A stretch of DNA of 64,000 nt from the NCBI GenBank assembly GCA_973895155.1, contig OZ316892.1, positions 15,182,861-15,246,860 on the forward strand, given 5' to 3'. Below the pieces are notes generated by a model. It was not told the DNA's origin and did no database searches. It saw nothing but the letters and a program-made list of their open reading frames with translations. The stretch comes from Marsupella aquatica. Lineage: Eukaryota; Plantae; Marchantiophyta. The position numbers and the translations under genes are program-made. Below, piece by piece: positions 12,808-25,325 of this stretch (positions within the stretch are counted from its first letter, which is position 1; each line of letters opens with the position of its first letter).

Positions 12808-15800
12808 ATGGGGACTTTCAAGCTTGGGGGACCCAAGTATGAAGTGACAAAGTATGATGGGCGCTCTGACTACTTGCTATGGGAGAAGCAGGTGAAGGGA
12901 GTGCTTTATGCGTCAGGGATAGGCCAACTGCTGAGCCCTCGTGAAGACGATGTTGATGAGAAACAATGGGACCGCATGCAGGAGCAGGGAGTGTGGTGTG
13001 TTACACTCTATCTCATGCCTCCCATCATCAAGCAGTTGGGTGCACATAAGGATTGCATGTCCTTGTTTGCGGAATTGCAAAGCAAGTATCACCGCAAGGA
13101 GTTGTCGAACCGGCTCTACACTTCCTACAAACTGATGAGTTTCAGGATGAAGGAATCTGGTACGAAGTTGCAAGACCATGTGGATGATTTCAACGACATG
13201 GTCGTTGACTTGGAAAACCTTGGGGAGACTTTGAATGATGAGATGAAGGCTCTGCAGCATCTTAGTTCATTGCCTTCATCTTACCAGTCCCTATCACGAG
13301 TGTTGTTGCATCGTGATAGGGATACCATTTCATACAATGACGTGGTAAGTTCTCTGCTTAGTGATGATCTTCAGCAGAAGATGCACATCACGTCACAGCC
13401 TTCATCATCTGGTGCTGCCCTCAATGTTAACCGTGGGAGGAGTATGCAGCGACCAACTGGGGACCGTAGAACCCAGTTTAGATCTAAATCCAGATCTAAG
13501 TCCAAGGGTAAATCCCCTCAGAGGAGGCAGGTGACATGTTGGAAGTGCAACCAAGTTGGACACTTCAAGCGAGACTGTAAGGGAAAGGCAGCGGAAACTT
13601 CATCGGCAAATGTGGCTAGGGCTGATGGAGAAGCTGATTTACTCAATGATGAGTATGTTTTATGAAGCCAGGGGTATGCCCTGTGCACGTCATCTAGGAG
13701 AGCAGATGATGTGTGGATTCTTGATTGTGCTTGCTCTTTTCATATTTGTTACATTCGTGAGTTTTTCAGTTCTTACTCTGTTTCAAACGGTTCAGTTCTG
13801 ATGGGAAATGATCACTCCTGTCAAATTGAGGGAATTGGGTCTGTGAAGATTCAAATGTTTGATGGCGCTGTGCGCACAGTGTCCGGAGTCAGGTATGTAC
13901 CTGGCATGCGTAAGAATCTGATTTCACTCGGTGTGTTGGATTCAAATGGTCATCAATGGAGCGTTATTGATGGTGAACTTCAAGTCAGGTCGGGAGAGAC
14001 AGTGATTTTGAAGGGGAGTAGACAAAAGAATTTGTATGTGTTACAGGGCAATACTGTATGTGGAGAGGCCAATGTAACCAAGTCTCACGAGGAGATGACT
14101 CAACTGTGGCATTCACGGCTAGGCCACATGAGTGAGAAGGGTTTGGCTATCTTACGGAAGAATGGACTCATTTCTGATTTGCAATCTTGTAAATTAGAGT
14201 TTTGTGAGCATTGCATTCTTGGAAAGCAGCATCGTCGTGCTTTTGGTGTTGGAACTCATCGTTCCAAAGCGGTTCTTGAGTACATACATAGTGACGTGTG
14301 GGGTCCATCCCCGACTCCCTCACACTCTGGAAAGTTGTACTATGTATCATTTATTGATGATTACTCAAGATTTGTGTGGATTTATTTCATGACGCATAAG
14401 TCTGATGTCTTGTCCATTTTTAAGAAGTGGAAGGCCCAGGTGGAGAATCAGACTGGAAACACGATCAAGTGTTTGGATACAAGGGTGAAGAGTCTGAGGT
14501 CAGACAACGGCGGGGAGTACACTTCAATGGAATTTGAAGAGTACTGTTCAGAACAGGGGATAACTCGCCATCTCACCACAATTTATACTCCGCAGCAGAA
14601 TGGTGTCGTTGAGAGGCTCAATCGGACACTGTTGGAGCGGTCACGGAGTATGTTGAGCCAATCAGGTTTACCACAAGAATTTTGGGCAGAAGCTATCAAT
14701 ACCGCAGCTTATTTGGTAAATCTTTCTCCTTCTAGTGCTATCAATTTCAAAACTCCGTTTGAGATGCGCTATAAGCGGCAAGCAGACTATCATGGCTTGG
14801 TAGTTTTTGGAAGTGATGCATATGCTCTCACACCGAAGCAGAATAGGACCAAGTTGGATCCTACCTCCAAGAAATATGTTTTTCTTGGGTACCAGAGTGG
14901 TGTGAAAGCCTATAGGCTATGGGATCCTATTGCCTGTAAGCTCGTTGTCAGTAGGGATGTTTCCTTCAATGAATCCAGATTATTGAAGGAGGGGGAGAAT
15001 ACTCAGGTCTCCCGTACTGACAAAGAAAAATCTCCTATCCCGGATCTCGTTGAGGGGGAGATTGGTTATGAGGTGCATGACCGGAGAGAAGGAGTTGCTC
15101 CAATTATGGAGCTGGTTCCTGTGCCAGAGGAACCAGAGGAGTTTGTTGATGCTGGTGAGCAGCAAGTGGATGCTGTTGAGCTTCAAATTGTACCAGCACA
15201 CGCAGATCAACCGAAGTCATCGGCTAGAAGAACATCTGGTCGCACTGTACGTGCTCCACCAAGGTATGGACAGTGGGTTGATTCATCTCAACTGCAAGAA
15301 AATGATTTTGCAACTGATGATGAGGGTGATGCGTTAATTTTGGAAGAAGGGGAACCTTCTTCATTTCATGAGGCAAGTGCTTCAAAGGAGAAGCAGAAGT
15401 GGACTGCAGCAATGCAAACGGAGATGCAGTCACTAAAGGACAACAAAACTTGGGAGCTTGTTAAGCTGCCTAAGGGTCAGCAAGTGGTGGACAGCAAGTG
15501 GATTTACAAGCTGAAGGATAATTCCATAGGAGGTGGATCGAAGGTCTACAAGGCTAGGTTGGTAGCAAAGGGATTCACACAAGAGAAAGGTGTGGATTAC
15601 AATGAGGTCTTCTCACCAGTTGCTAAGTACTCTACAATACGACTATTGTGTGTACTTGTTGTAATGTTTGGTCTGCTGCTAGATCAGATGGATGTTGTCA
15701 CAGCTTTCCTCTATGGCACATTGATCTTCATGAGACAACCGCTAGGTTTTGTGAAGAGAGGACAGGAGGAATTGGTTTGCAGATTGCTGAAATCCTTGTA

Positions 15801-16929
15801 TGGGTTGAAGCAGTCACCAAGACAGTGGAACAAGCAGTTTGATGATTGGATTCGGTCACAAGGTTTTCACAGAAGTGTATTTGACCCTTGTGTGTATTTG
15901 AAATCGGTAAAGAATATTGTATTTGGGTTCATTGTTTTAGTACTTTATGTGGATGATATGCTAATTGCAGCCAAGGATAGGTCTGAGATTGTTAAGCTCA
16001 AGGCACTACTTAGTGCAGAGTTTAAGATAAAGGACTTAGGGCCAGCTAAGAGGATTTTGGGTATGGAGATCACTAGGGACTTGGAGGCTGGCAAGCTATG
16101 GTTGACGTAGAGCAGTTATGCGAAGAAGGTAATTGCAAGGTTCAACATGGGGAATAGCAAGCCAGTAAGTACCCCGTTGGCTCCACACTTCAAGTTATCA
16201 TCAGCGTTCTGTCCTACGGATGACACAGAGAAGGGGTTGATGTCAAAGGTTCCGTATGACAAGGCAGTGGGGAGTCTCATGTATTTGATGACTTGCACTA
16301 GACCTGATCTTGCCATGGCTATGGGCAAGGTAAGCAGGTACATGTCAAATCCAGGGAAGGTACACTGGGAAGCAGTGAAGTGGATTATCAGGTACTTGAA
16401 GGGTACCGTGGATCATGGTCTTTTATTTGATGCGAATGCAAAGAATGCTAAATCATTGATTGGCTATGTTGATTCTGACTATGGACAAGATTTGGACCGA
16501 AGGAGATCAACAACAGGATACGTGTTCACACTTGGCGGTGGATGCATAAGTTGGAGGTCTACTTTGCAGAAGTGTATTGCTCAGTCTACTACAGAAGCGG
16601 AGTATGTTGCAGCTGCGAAAGCAGCAAAGGAAGCGATTTGGTTGGATAGACTTATCACTGAAATGGGATTGTCACAGGGGAATGTGAAGCTCCATTGTGA
16701 TAGTCAAAGTGCGCTCCACCTTGCTATGAACCAGGTGATGGACAGCAGAGTGAAGCACATTGATGTCAGGTACCATTTTATCAGGCAGGCTGTGTCTGAT
16801 AATTTGTTTGAGCTAGTCAAGATTGATGGTAAACTCAACCCGGCTGACGCATTTACCAAAGTGATTCCTTTGGAGAGTTTCTCTAGACACCGTGACGTAT
16901 TGCAGGTTTTGCAATTGCATCACAAGTAG
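12808..16929 (+). pseudogene. Copia gag-pol polyprotein in one frame with two internal stops (TGA 13663, TAG 16108)
   Basis: CWKCNQVGHFKRDC knuckle, WILDCACSFH protease, WHSRLGH...CEHC and HSDVWG/SDNGGEY integrase, LYVDDML RT, GYVDSDY/CDSQSA RNase H. The three ORFs share a frame. Confidence 0.93.
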
Positions 16930-17108
16930 AGTTTTCTTAACATTCATTGTAATTACTGATATATGCTCTTCCTCATTCCTATGTATTAGGCTACGGCTTA
17001 GTTCTGGTTTGCTCTAGTTAGAGAGGGAAACCAGTTTGGTTTTTATCCAGAACTTCCCGCTGAGGGATCATATACATTGGCAGTATTACTCTCCCCTAGA
17101 CCAGAGTC

Positions 17109-17118
17109 AAGGGGAAGA
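17109..17118 (+). other. Copia polypurine tract
   Basis: AAGGGGAAGA just before the 3' LTR. Confidence 0.85.
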
Positions 17119-17119
17119 T

Positions 17120-17504
17120 TGTTGGGTATTTACTCTTACGTCTAGGTTAGGTATGACGTGGTTGGTACAACAACGTGGGTTGGTACAACTACGTGGTTAG
17201 GTACAACTACGTGATTAGGTACAACTATGTGGTTAGGTACAACTAAGTTGCACACTATATCATAAGAGGCATGTGTGCTTGGAGAGGTAGAACCAAGGCT
17301 CATTGTTATGGAGCCACTTGAGAGATAGGGAGAGCTTACACTATGGAGACTCGGTATAGCCGACGGGCTTAGAGTTCAGTAAAGCTCTCTTGTGTGTTCC
17401 CGTGGACGTAGCCTCAAGGAGGTGAACCACGTATCTCTTGTGTCGACTATTGTGCGTTGGATGGTTCATGGGCTTGCCGTTGCGATCGTCGTCTATGCTC
17501 AACA
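17120..17504 (+). repeat. Copia 3' LTR (385 bp; five ~18-bp units)
   Basis: Direct repeat of 11077-11479. Confidence 0.97.
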
Positions 17505-18785
17505 GTCTGGACATCCTATACCCCATGGCAATGTAGGGTAAGGCCAGGTCCCAATCCTCCTTGTTTTTGGTGAGGCAAATCTTCCGGAGACCCTTCTTGC
17601 ATGTCTGAACCATGCGCTCTGCCAAGCCATCTGCCTGTGGATGATCTCGTGATGTCCGGCGATGATCAATGAGGGCCTGATCAAGCAGCTCCTGGAACTC
17701 TCCTCTAAACTCTGAGCCCTGGTCAGTGAGACATTCTACACAAGCTCCAAAGCGACTGAGAACTTGTTGCAGGAATGCCTGGCTGGTGCTTAGGGGGGTC
17801 TTATCCGGCAATGCCACAAGTTCTATCCACTTAGAGAAATGCTCTATCATGATGATGATGTAGAGATTACCCCGAGACGTGAGGGGTAATTCTCCAGCCA
17901 AATCACATGACCAGCGATAAAACATGCCCTGAATAGGGAGTGGATGAAGTGTGAGTTGCTGAGATGTGAAAGAAGTCCTCACCCTATCACACTGTTCACA
18001 CCGGGCAATAACATCTTGAACCTGGCCATGCATGCCTCTCCAATGATAATGAGGGACCAAGAGGCTGTAAGTCCTCTTAACGCCAAAATGACCAAGCTCA
18101 GAATGTACCTTACGGATAAGGCCAACCCTCTCATGAATGGGTGGAACCACCACTTCCCTGTCTGGCAAGCAGCGCACGAGATGATCTCCCTTCCACAAGT
18201 AACGCTTGGACCTTTGCTGAATTCGGTCTCTCTGGGCAGCAGTAACATGGGTGGGGTACTCCCCATGCTGCAGAAATCTCAGAGTGTCGCTGTCCTCCCA
18301 TATGTCCACCACAGGTTGGTCAACAATGTAGCATGGCAGCAAAGCAAGATAGGTAGATGCATGAAATGTAGGCAGGACGGAAACCTGGTCAAAATTCTGC
18401 TGTGCGTCTGAGGAATCATCAGAGGCAATCAAAGGGCTGCGGGACATAGTGTCAGCATTTTGATGTGTCACACCAGGCCTATGAATTACCTCAAAATCAT
18501 ACTCCTGGAGTATGAGCGCCCAACGAGCAAGCTTGCCAGTAAGCTTGTCGTTGGTCATCAACCACTTCAAGGGCTGGTGGTCGGTGTAGAGAACAAACCT
18601 GGTCCCATAGAGGTAGGGCCTATAATGTATGATAGCCCACACAACAGCAAGGCATTCACCCTCATAAGAAGAATAATGACTCTCTGCCTGATTGTTGCTC
18701 CTGGATGCATAGGCAATGATGTACTCTTTACCTTCCTCATCATGCTGGCCCAAAATGGCACCAATCCCAAGGGCACTCCAATCTG
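17505..18785 (-). pseudogene. RNase H and integrase (HHCC and DDE core) of the DNMT retroelement
   Basis: DWSALGIG..IAYASR..EGECLAVVWAI..TDHQPL..NADTMSR; HSELGHFG..CEQC; CDLAG, TDQGSEF, GLAERMVQ. Confidence 0.95.
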
Positions 18786-19830
18786 TGTGAAATCAGGTCT
18801 TCTCAGCACCGGGTATTCTGAAAGCTTCTCCTTCAAAGTGGCAAATGCTGCCTCAGCATCTGTACTCCATGTCCAAGTCACATTCTTTTTCAACAAAGCA
18901 TACAATGGGTGTGCAATGGTACTGAAATCTTTGATGTAGATCCGGTAGTAATTGCACAACCCAATAAAACTCCTCAAAGTGTGAACATCGGTAGGAGTGG
19001 GCATTTCCAAGATGGATACCACCTTGGCCCAGTGAGCCATGGTTCCATTTGGAAGAATGCGATGCCCAAGATATACTACTGATCTGACAGCAAATTCACA
19101 CTTATTGGGGTGTATCTTTAGGTTCACCTTCTTAAGCCTCATGAATAGCTCCTCAAGGTCAAGTAGATGCTGGTCAAATCCTTTATTGTGGACCAACACA
19201 TCATCAATGTAGCATTTCAGAAACTCAGCACCTTGAAGAACCTGGTCCATGACTCTTTGAAAGAATATGGGCGCATTCTTCAAGCCAAATGGCATCACCA
19301 ACCACTCCCATAGTTGGTTACTACCATGGAAAGCTGTTTTCTTGCGGTCCTTTGCAAGCAGCAAAATCTGGTTAAAGCCTTGCCTTAGATCCACAAGAGT
19401 GAAGATGTCTGAGTCTCCAATGCTGTCAAATAGCTCCTCTGGCCGTGGCATGGGGTACCTGTCCTGGGGTGTGACCAGGTTTAGCGGCCTGTAGTCCCCA
19501 CACATGCGCTTCTCTGTCCACAATCCACTGGAATCCTTCTTTGCTGGCATCACTGTAGCTGTTGCAAAATCTGATGTAGATGGCTGAATAAGACCAGCTT
19601 CATATAACTCTTGGCACCTCTCATCCACCAGCTGACACTCATGCTTACTCAAACCGTGTCTCCACCTGAAGATAGGTGTTTCATCAACCAAATCAATGGA
19701 GAACTGCATAGTCTTGCACTTACCCCAGTCCTTCATAGAGAAAGCAAACACATTCTCATGCTTGAGGAGCAAATTCAGCAGCTGGTCCTTCTGTCTTTTA
19801 CTCAGGTGGTTGCCCATGATGAATGTGTAG
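18786..19830 (-). pseudogene. Gypsy-type reverse transcriptase of the DNMT retroelement
   Basis: KRMCGDYRPLN, DRYPMP, DLRQGFNQI, MPFGLKNAP, YIDDVLV, YLGH. It is in frame with the C-terminal half of the methyltransferase. Confidence 0.96.
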
Positions 19831-20189
19831 TTGGCAACACTAGGAATAGGACCTGATGTACTCGTACTTGAAGAGCCAGAAGTGCTAGCCTCTCCACTGT
19901 CCAAGCTGCTAGCATGCTGCTGATAAGGTGATGAGGCCTCTCCGAGGCCTGTTGTACCTGCTGATCTGGGTTGGTCCACACCATGAAACTCAGAAATAAT
20001 ATCAGCCACATTACAAGGGACCTCCTCCCCCCCAACACTTGGACTGAAGCGATGAGTGTTGAATAGAGGTAAGTGCACCTGGTCAGGATGCCATGTAGCA
20101 GCACCATGGAGTGGTAGAGCTGGAACTCCAGATGCTGGATGAATGTACATCTGAAAAAGGATGCAAGTGACCAGAAGCCAAGTGAGAGC

Positions 20190-21120
20190 ATTAAGATCCA
20201 TTACCCTGCCAAGTAAAGCATTCCTGGCCAGCCTGGTGATCTGGGTGTGACCTGTAGTACCGGATTGGAAGCCCATAGCCCGTTCTCTCTCCTCAGGATT
20301 AGGTTCATCCCAAGTACCGGTAGAATGTCGATAAACCAGGCCAGGACCATCACCCTGAAAGGCATGTGCACCTGGAAAGGATACAAATGTAGGCCAAGCA
20401 GCACGGGGCTGTCCAATGGTATTGGCTGGATACCAAGGTGCTGGCTCTTGCCGTGTAACTGGTTGGCAAGAACTGTCAGGATCCAAAATCTGGTCCACTA
20501 TGAGGTTAGTGTCCCTGGATGTGTGGTGAAGAGCTAACTCCAACAAGGAAGGTGGTGCAAGGTTAGTCCAAAAGTTACGAAGACGATGTGCATAAGAACC
20601 ACAGTGCACTGCATCAATGAGAAGGGGTGGTCCCAAGTAGTGTTGGACCACACTGAAATCCTCTTTGACCTATGGACGCTGGTCAAACTGAGATGGAGTA
20701 TTCTCAATGATATAACCAACAGCAGGATAAAGGGACTGAGCCCAGGTGAGAATCTGAACCAATGCTGTGAAAAGGCCAGAACGAGAATCATGCAGTCCAG
20801 CACCGTGACCAGCAGCTGAAAACCCTTGGCATTCCCAACCAGCTATGATCAAATCAAGGGAGCCAAGAAGGGTTAAGTGTCGGTGCTGGACAAGCTGGAT
20901 ATCTGGAGGAAAGAAAGAAAATGCAGACTTCCATGCACTATGTGGAAACTGCTGGGGAAATCGCTCTGAAAATTCCAACAGACGGGATTCAGCCACTTGC
21001 CTTGCACCTGGATCAATATCCACATAGATGTACTACTTCACCACCATGCCAGACTGTAGGAGAGCTTCCAGGCCTGTAGAAATGCCACCAAAAAGCTCAA
21101 GCAATGTAAGGCCATCTGAA
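20190..21120 (-). pseudogene. C5 cytosine DNA methyltransferase domain (DNMT3-like) inside pol
   Basis: Ordered motifs: I LELFGGISTG, II YVDID, IV DLIIAGWECQGFS, V DSRSGLF, VI IIENT, VIII AHRLRNFW, IX ERERAMGF, X RLARNALLGRVMD. One frame, broken only by TAG at 21033 and 20670. Confidence 0.9.
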
Positions 21121-21341
21121 GGAGGAGTCCATGTAACTGGTGCGCTCAAGATTGGGGCTATTGATTGGCCATTGTGCTGCCCAAGATCCTCAAATTTGCG
21201 CAATGCAGCCACCAAAGGTCCATGGGCTGCTTGGAGCCGTTGTACCACCTCTGGTTGATGATCCACGTTGCTGGAAAGTGCTGCTATACGTGCAGCAGCA
21301 TGTGCAGTAGCCACCTCATCATCATCCTCCTCAATCCAATC

Positions 21342-22724
21342 CTACAATGGGTGGTTGACATAGGTAGCTGTGTGCACTGCTTTCAACACACAGTGGTGAG
21401 CCATAGGTGTATGGGCACCGTGCAAATCAAGTGGAATGTAGCCCAAGTGTGAGCCATCCGTATGCCAATCAACTCTGTAGTATGCATGCTCATGCCAGTT
21501 GTCAATGGTAAAACCTGGTGGGAACAAAGCCTCCTGGCCAATGAGCACATCATACGTAGTGGCATTGGTAACCAAACATCTGACTGGGAAATGCAATTCC
21601 TGATCTGTACCTCCATTAAAAGTGAGAGTGAGTAAAGTAGAACTCTCACCCAGCACATCCTCCACAGTGCCACTAGCAGTCCGAATGTGCCACTTGGATT
21701 GCTGTAAATGATCAGTCAACAGTCCCATCTTCTTGGCAAACTGAATGCCCAATATCACTGGTTGAGCACCTGTGTCTAGCATGACCACCTGAGGAGCGTG
21801 ACCCTCCAACTTGACCACTGAATTCCTGTTGTCAACAATGACAATAGTGGTGGAAACTGAAGTCCTGTCACTAGGCACCACTCTCGGCAAATGATGAGGT
21901 ACCTTGTGAAGGGAGTTAGTGTCCACGGTCTTTCCACTCAACAACATAGCCAGGAAAGATGGAGTAGCATGACCAGAATCAAGTGTAGCTCTGGTCACAC
22001 AATCAATAGCAATCGGTACTGGGGCAGCCAAACCAGTGGAAACATGTAAAGGAGAAGAAGAAGGTCCAGTATGTACATGAGATTGGACCTCCAAAACCGG
22101 TGTCACAGGGGCTGATGAAGAATGCAGTGAACCCTCTAGCGCTCTGAGGACAGCTCTAGCATCCAGCTGTAAATCATGGCAATTGAAAAGTAGAGTTGTA
22201 AGAATCCTTTGTGCCATACCGGAGGTGACATGCTCAAGTAGCTCAGGAGAAACAACTCCCTGTGAAATGTCAGCAGCACCTGGTGGTGGAATGGATGTAG
22301 TTGCAGCTCCCTCCCCCCTCGCCAACAAGGTGCGCTCTTCAGCAAGTGTGAGTGGCTGAAAAGATTGGGGCAAGACAGCCCGAGCTCCCCTGGCTCTAGT
22401 CATAGGACCGGCAGCAAGACCATCAGCCTGTACAATGCGGCGTGTGGGAGCAATACGAGAGGCAGCACTGGCTTGCTGGTAAGCAAAATAGGAAGGGCAG
22501 AATGAATCTAAAAATTCTGCTGTAAGGCCAGGCTGTGGAGCAGAGGACAACACACACTCACCCATATGAGCATCAAATGGCAAGCCATAGAAAGAGCGGG
22601 ATAGAGGTGCTGAACTGTCAGTGGTGTCTGGGTTGCACGTGACCAGCCGGTTGAGAAGGACCAGCAGAGGTAGTTGACTTGCCTTTGATGTTGGCAAGTT
22701 GGGCACGTAGGGACTCAACCTCAT
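21342..22724 (-). pseudogene. Pol N-terminus with retropepsin-like aspartic protease
   Basis: VMLDTGAQPVILG...IRTASG...YDVLIGQEAL; same frame as the DNMT and RT across a TAG at 21342. Confidence 0.88.
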
Positions 22725-24192
22725 GAGTCAGAGACTGGAGTTGAGTTGCCTGTGCGTTGTGAGCCTCCTTCTGAGCTGGTGGCTTCTGTTGCTACTTGGG
22801 CAATTTGTTGGCACTGGTTGCTTTGCCACTGGAAGGAGGAGCAACTGATGCAATAGGAGCCCTCCTAGCTGGTGGGGGAGTGGAAACATGAGCAGGATGA
22901 GTGGCCTGTTGTCGTAGCTGTTTCCTCTCTAGGAATTTGGCAAAACAAACTGCCTCCAAGTGGCCCACTTTCCCGCAAAAATCACAAGACAGGTCCTCAG
23001 CAACAATATCACATTCATTAGCCTTGTGATTAGGATTGCCACAGTAGTTGCAAGATGGCAGCATGAAAGCAGCATGTGCTGGTTTGGTCTTGGAAGCATA
23101 CTATGGCACACGGGAAGGGGTGGTCATTGTAGGAGTAGCAGCCTGGTACCTGGATCGCGGTGGACGCGCAATACTGGCCTCATAATGTGCATGGGCCAAC
23201 TCAAGTTTCTCAGCAGTGTCATAGACATTGAGCAATGTGTAGCTGTCTCCAAACTCTGAGAATACTTGCTGCAACACTTGTGAATGGAGAGCTGGTGTGC
23301 CCGCCAATGCGCAAAGATAGCGATGAGCAGCTTCTAGGTCAGTGATGCTCTGGGTGTCCTCCTTCAGCTTAAGAAGCCGGCGATACATCATCTTCAAGGT
23401 TTCATCGCGCTGCCTCACAAAGGTCGCCAACTGCATGATTTTGTCAGCACTCTTGATTGGGAATTCCAATTCAAGAACCTGGAAAAACTCAGCGACTGGA
23501 TCAGCAAAGGCAGGAGAATCAATAGTGGGAGAAATGCCTGATGTAGCCTGTGCCAAGACAGTGGGAGTAACTGGCGCAGTGGTAGGAACTGGAGTAGGAG
23601 GGGAAGTGGCAGGAGCAGCAACATGGGCTGCAATGGCATTATGTAAGGCCAATTGTGAGGCTGCCATAATTGCACTGGCATAGGTAGGGTTTGTTAACTG
23701 TGTGATAGCAAGCAGCCATTGAGAGTGCTGCTCATACACATCCAAAGCCTCATAGTGCACATACCTGGCTAGTTGCTTGAATGCAAAAGCATTGGTGAAA
23801 TTGCTGCCGTACTTCAACTCCAATTCGTAAATGACAGTGTAGAAAGTGGATTTGAACTCACACAAAGAAACAGTGCCTGGTCGCCCGCTGAAGAGCTCAA
23901 TGCGGCCAGATGAGTGGCTAGCATCCATGCTGTATGTCGGTGAAGCTGGAACAACCACTAATGCATAAGGGGTAAATGGCAAGGAAGTGATAGCAGGCTT
24001 CGGGGTAGTGGTGAAGCGACCGCCAAATTGAGCAGAAGGATTGTGTGGTGTGGGTGCTGCTGCTGTCTGCGGACATTGTCGAAATTGCCGAGACTCCAAT
24101 GAAATTGGCACCAACGGTCGTGGATCACTCCGTAAGTGGTACCGGGGTGTCGATGGCGATGAGCTGCTACGACTCGGCTCCTCTGCTGACAT
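22630..24192 (-). pseudogene. gag-like ORF with two Cys/His knuckles
   Basis: 363-aa ORF, in-frame TAG at 23101, CNYCGNPNHKANEC and CDFCGKVGHLEAVC, TAG at 22792, then a coiled-coil-like tail. Confidence 0.8.
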
Positions 24193-24869
24193 GCTGCATG
24201 CTCACCTGGGGTGCCAATGGAAAAGAAACTGACAAGAAAAATAAATGGCACCCTCAAGGCTAGAAAATTAACCTACAATGAAGCAACAGCGTGAGGCAAA
24301 AATGTTGTGGCCTTGATGTGCATACCCGGGCGTGTAGCCCTATGCGGATTACCGGCGGTTACCAAATGTCCGGGACCAAATGTCAGCGGCTGTGAAGAAA
24401 TATAATGAAATGGACCCCCTTAAGTGTATACATCGGGACCCCCTGTAATTATGCATTGGGCCTGATGTGGACACAGGAACTGACGGAAGGCGCACATCGA
24501 CAGAAAAGAAAAATCAGGTGGGGACCGGCAACCGAGCGAGTGTGCATACACACTCGAGCACGGTGCCCTATGCAGTCGGAGGGAGGTTCTCGCGCGGCGT
24601 TTGAGGCAAGTCGACGCCTTGCCGGCTACAACCCACGGATTGCAGGTCGCGGCAGCTGGGCTGGAAAATGGAAAAATGGGTCTTCAAAACGCGAACGGGC
24701 CCCAATGTACACATCGGCCCTATGTGGACCCGAGAAATGACAGCAGGTCGATCGTCGCGCGGCGAAAAAGCGAGAATGGCCGAAAAAGGGGAAAACGGGA
24801 CCCAAGGCGAGGCGAGGAAAAAAAACACAGAAGAAGCAGAAGTGGGCCTTAATTGCGCGAGCCCTGCAT

Positions 24870-25325
24870 AGGGCTTCGCACCGCCCCCTCCTTAAGTCCT
24901 TATGAGCTCCCGAAGGGAAGCTACGAGTTCCCCCTTCCCCTCCTTAATGATTCCTGGTGGGCCTCGTGCCCTGCAGAAGTGTGACTCCCAAGAGGAGGGA
25001 GTCTAATTGAATTCCCCCTCCCCTCTTTAATTCAGCATAGGGCCTCGTGCCCACTCCTTGCGCTGCTGCCTCGGCTTTGTCTCCCCCCTCCTTTAATGCT
25101 GCTAAATGTGCTTCATGCCCTGCAGGACTCCTGAGAAGGGAGTCGTATGTATTCCCCCTCTCCCCCTCTTTTAATTCCTCATAGGGCTTCGTGCCCTTCT
25201 TTCGCTTCCCCCTCTCCTGCGTGGCTGGTGCGCGGCTCCCCTCTCCCTCCTCTTTAATGCTGAAATGGGGCCTGGCAGGATGACTCCCGAGAGAGAGAGA
25301 GTCGTATGTACTCCCCCCCTTCTTA
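24870..25325 (-). repeat. Degenerate array of hairpin modules in the element's 5' leader
   Basis: Recurrent + strand motifs cccctc(c/t)ttaa, gggc(c/t)tcgtgccc and gactcc...ggagtc; the last two are self-complementary. Confidence 0.7.

Larger units (their letters stand above)
11077..17504 (+). mobile_element. Full-length Ty1/Copia LTR retrotransposon (Tnt1/Tork-like), young, nested in the Gypsy integrase
   Basis: TG..CA LTRs, TSD GTCTG at 11072-11076 and 17505-17509, tRNA-iMet PBS, PPT, and gag-PR-INT-RT-RH order. Confidence 0.97.

Noticed and set aside
17341-17504. C-terminal tail of the 470-aa ORF (LLSIDDDR...)
   Set aside because: It is read-through into the antisense Copia LTR; the true integrase continues at 11071.
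24870-25325. Hammerhead ribozymes or Shine-Dalgarno sites in the hairpin array
   Set aside because: There is no CUGANGA/GAAA core around the stems. TAAGGAGG-like tracts have no expected role in a nuclear element.
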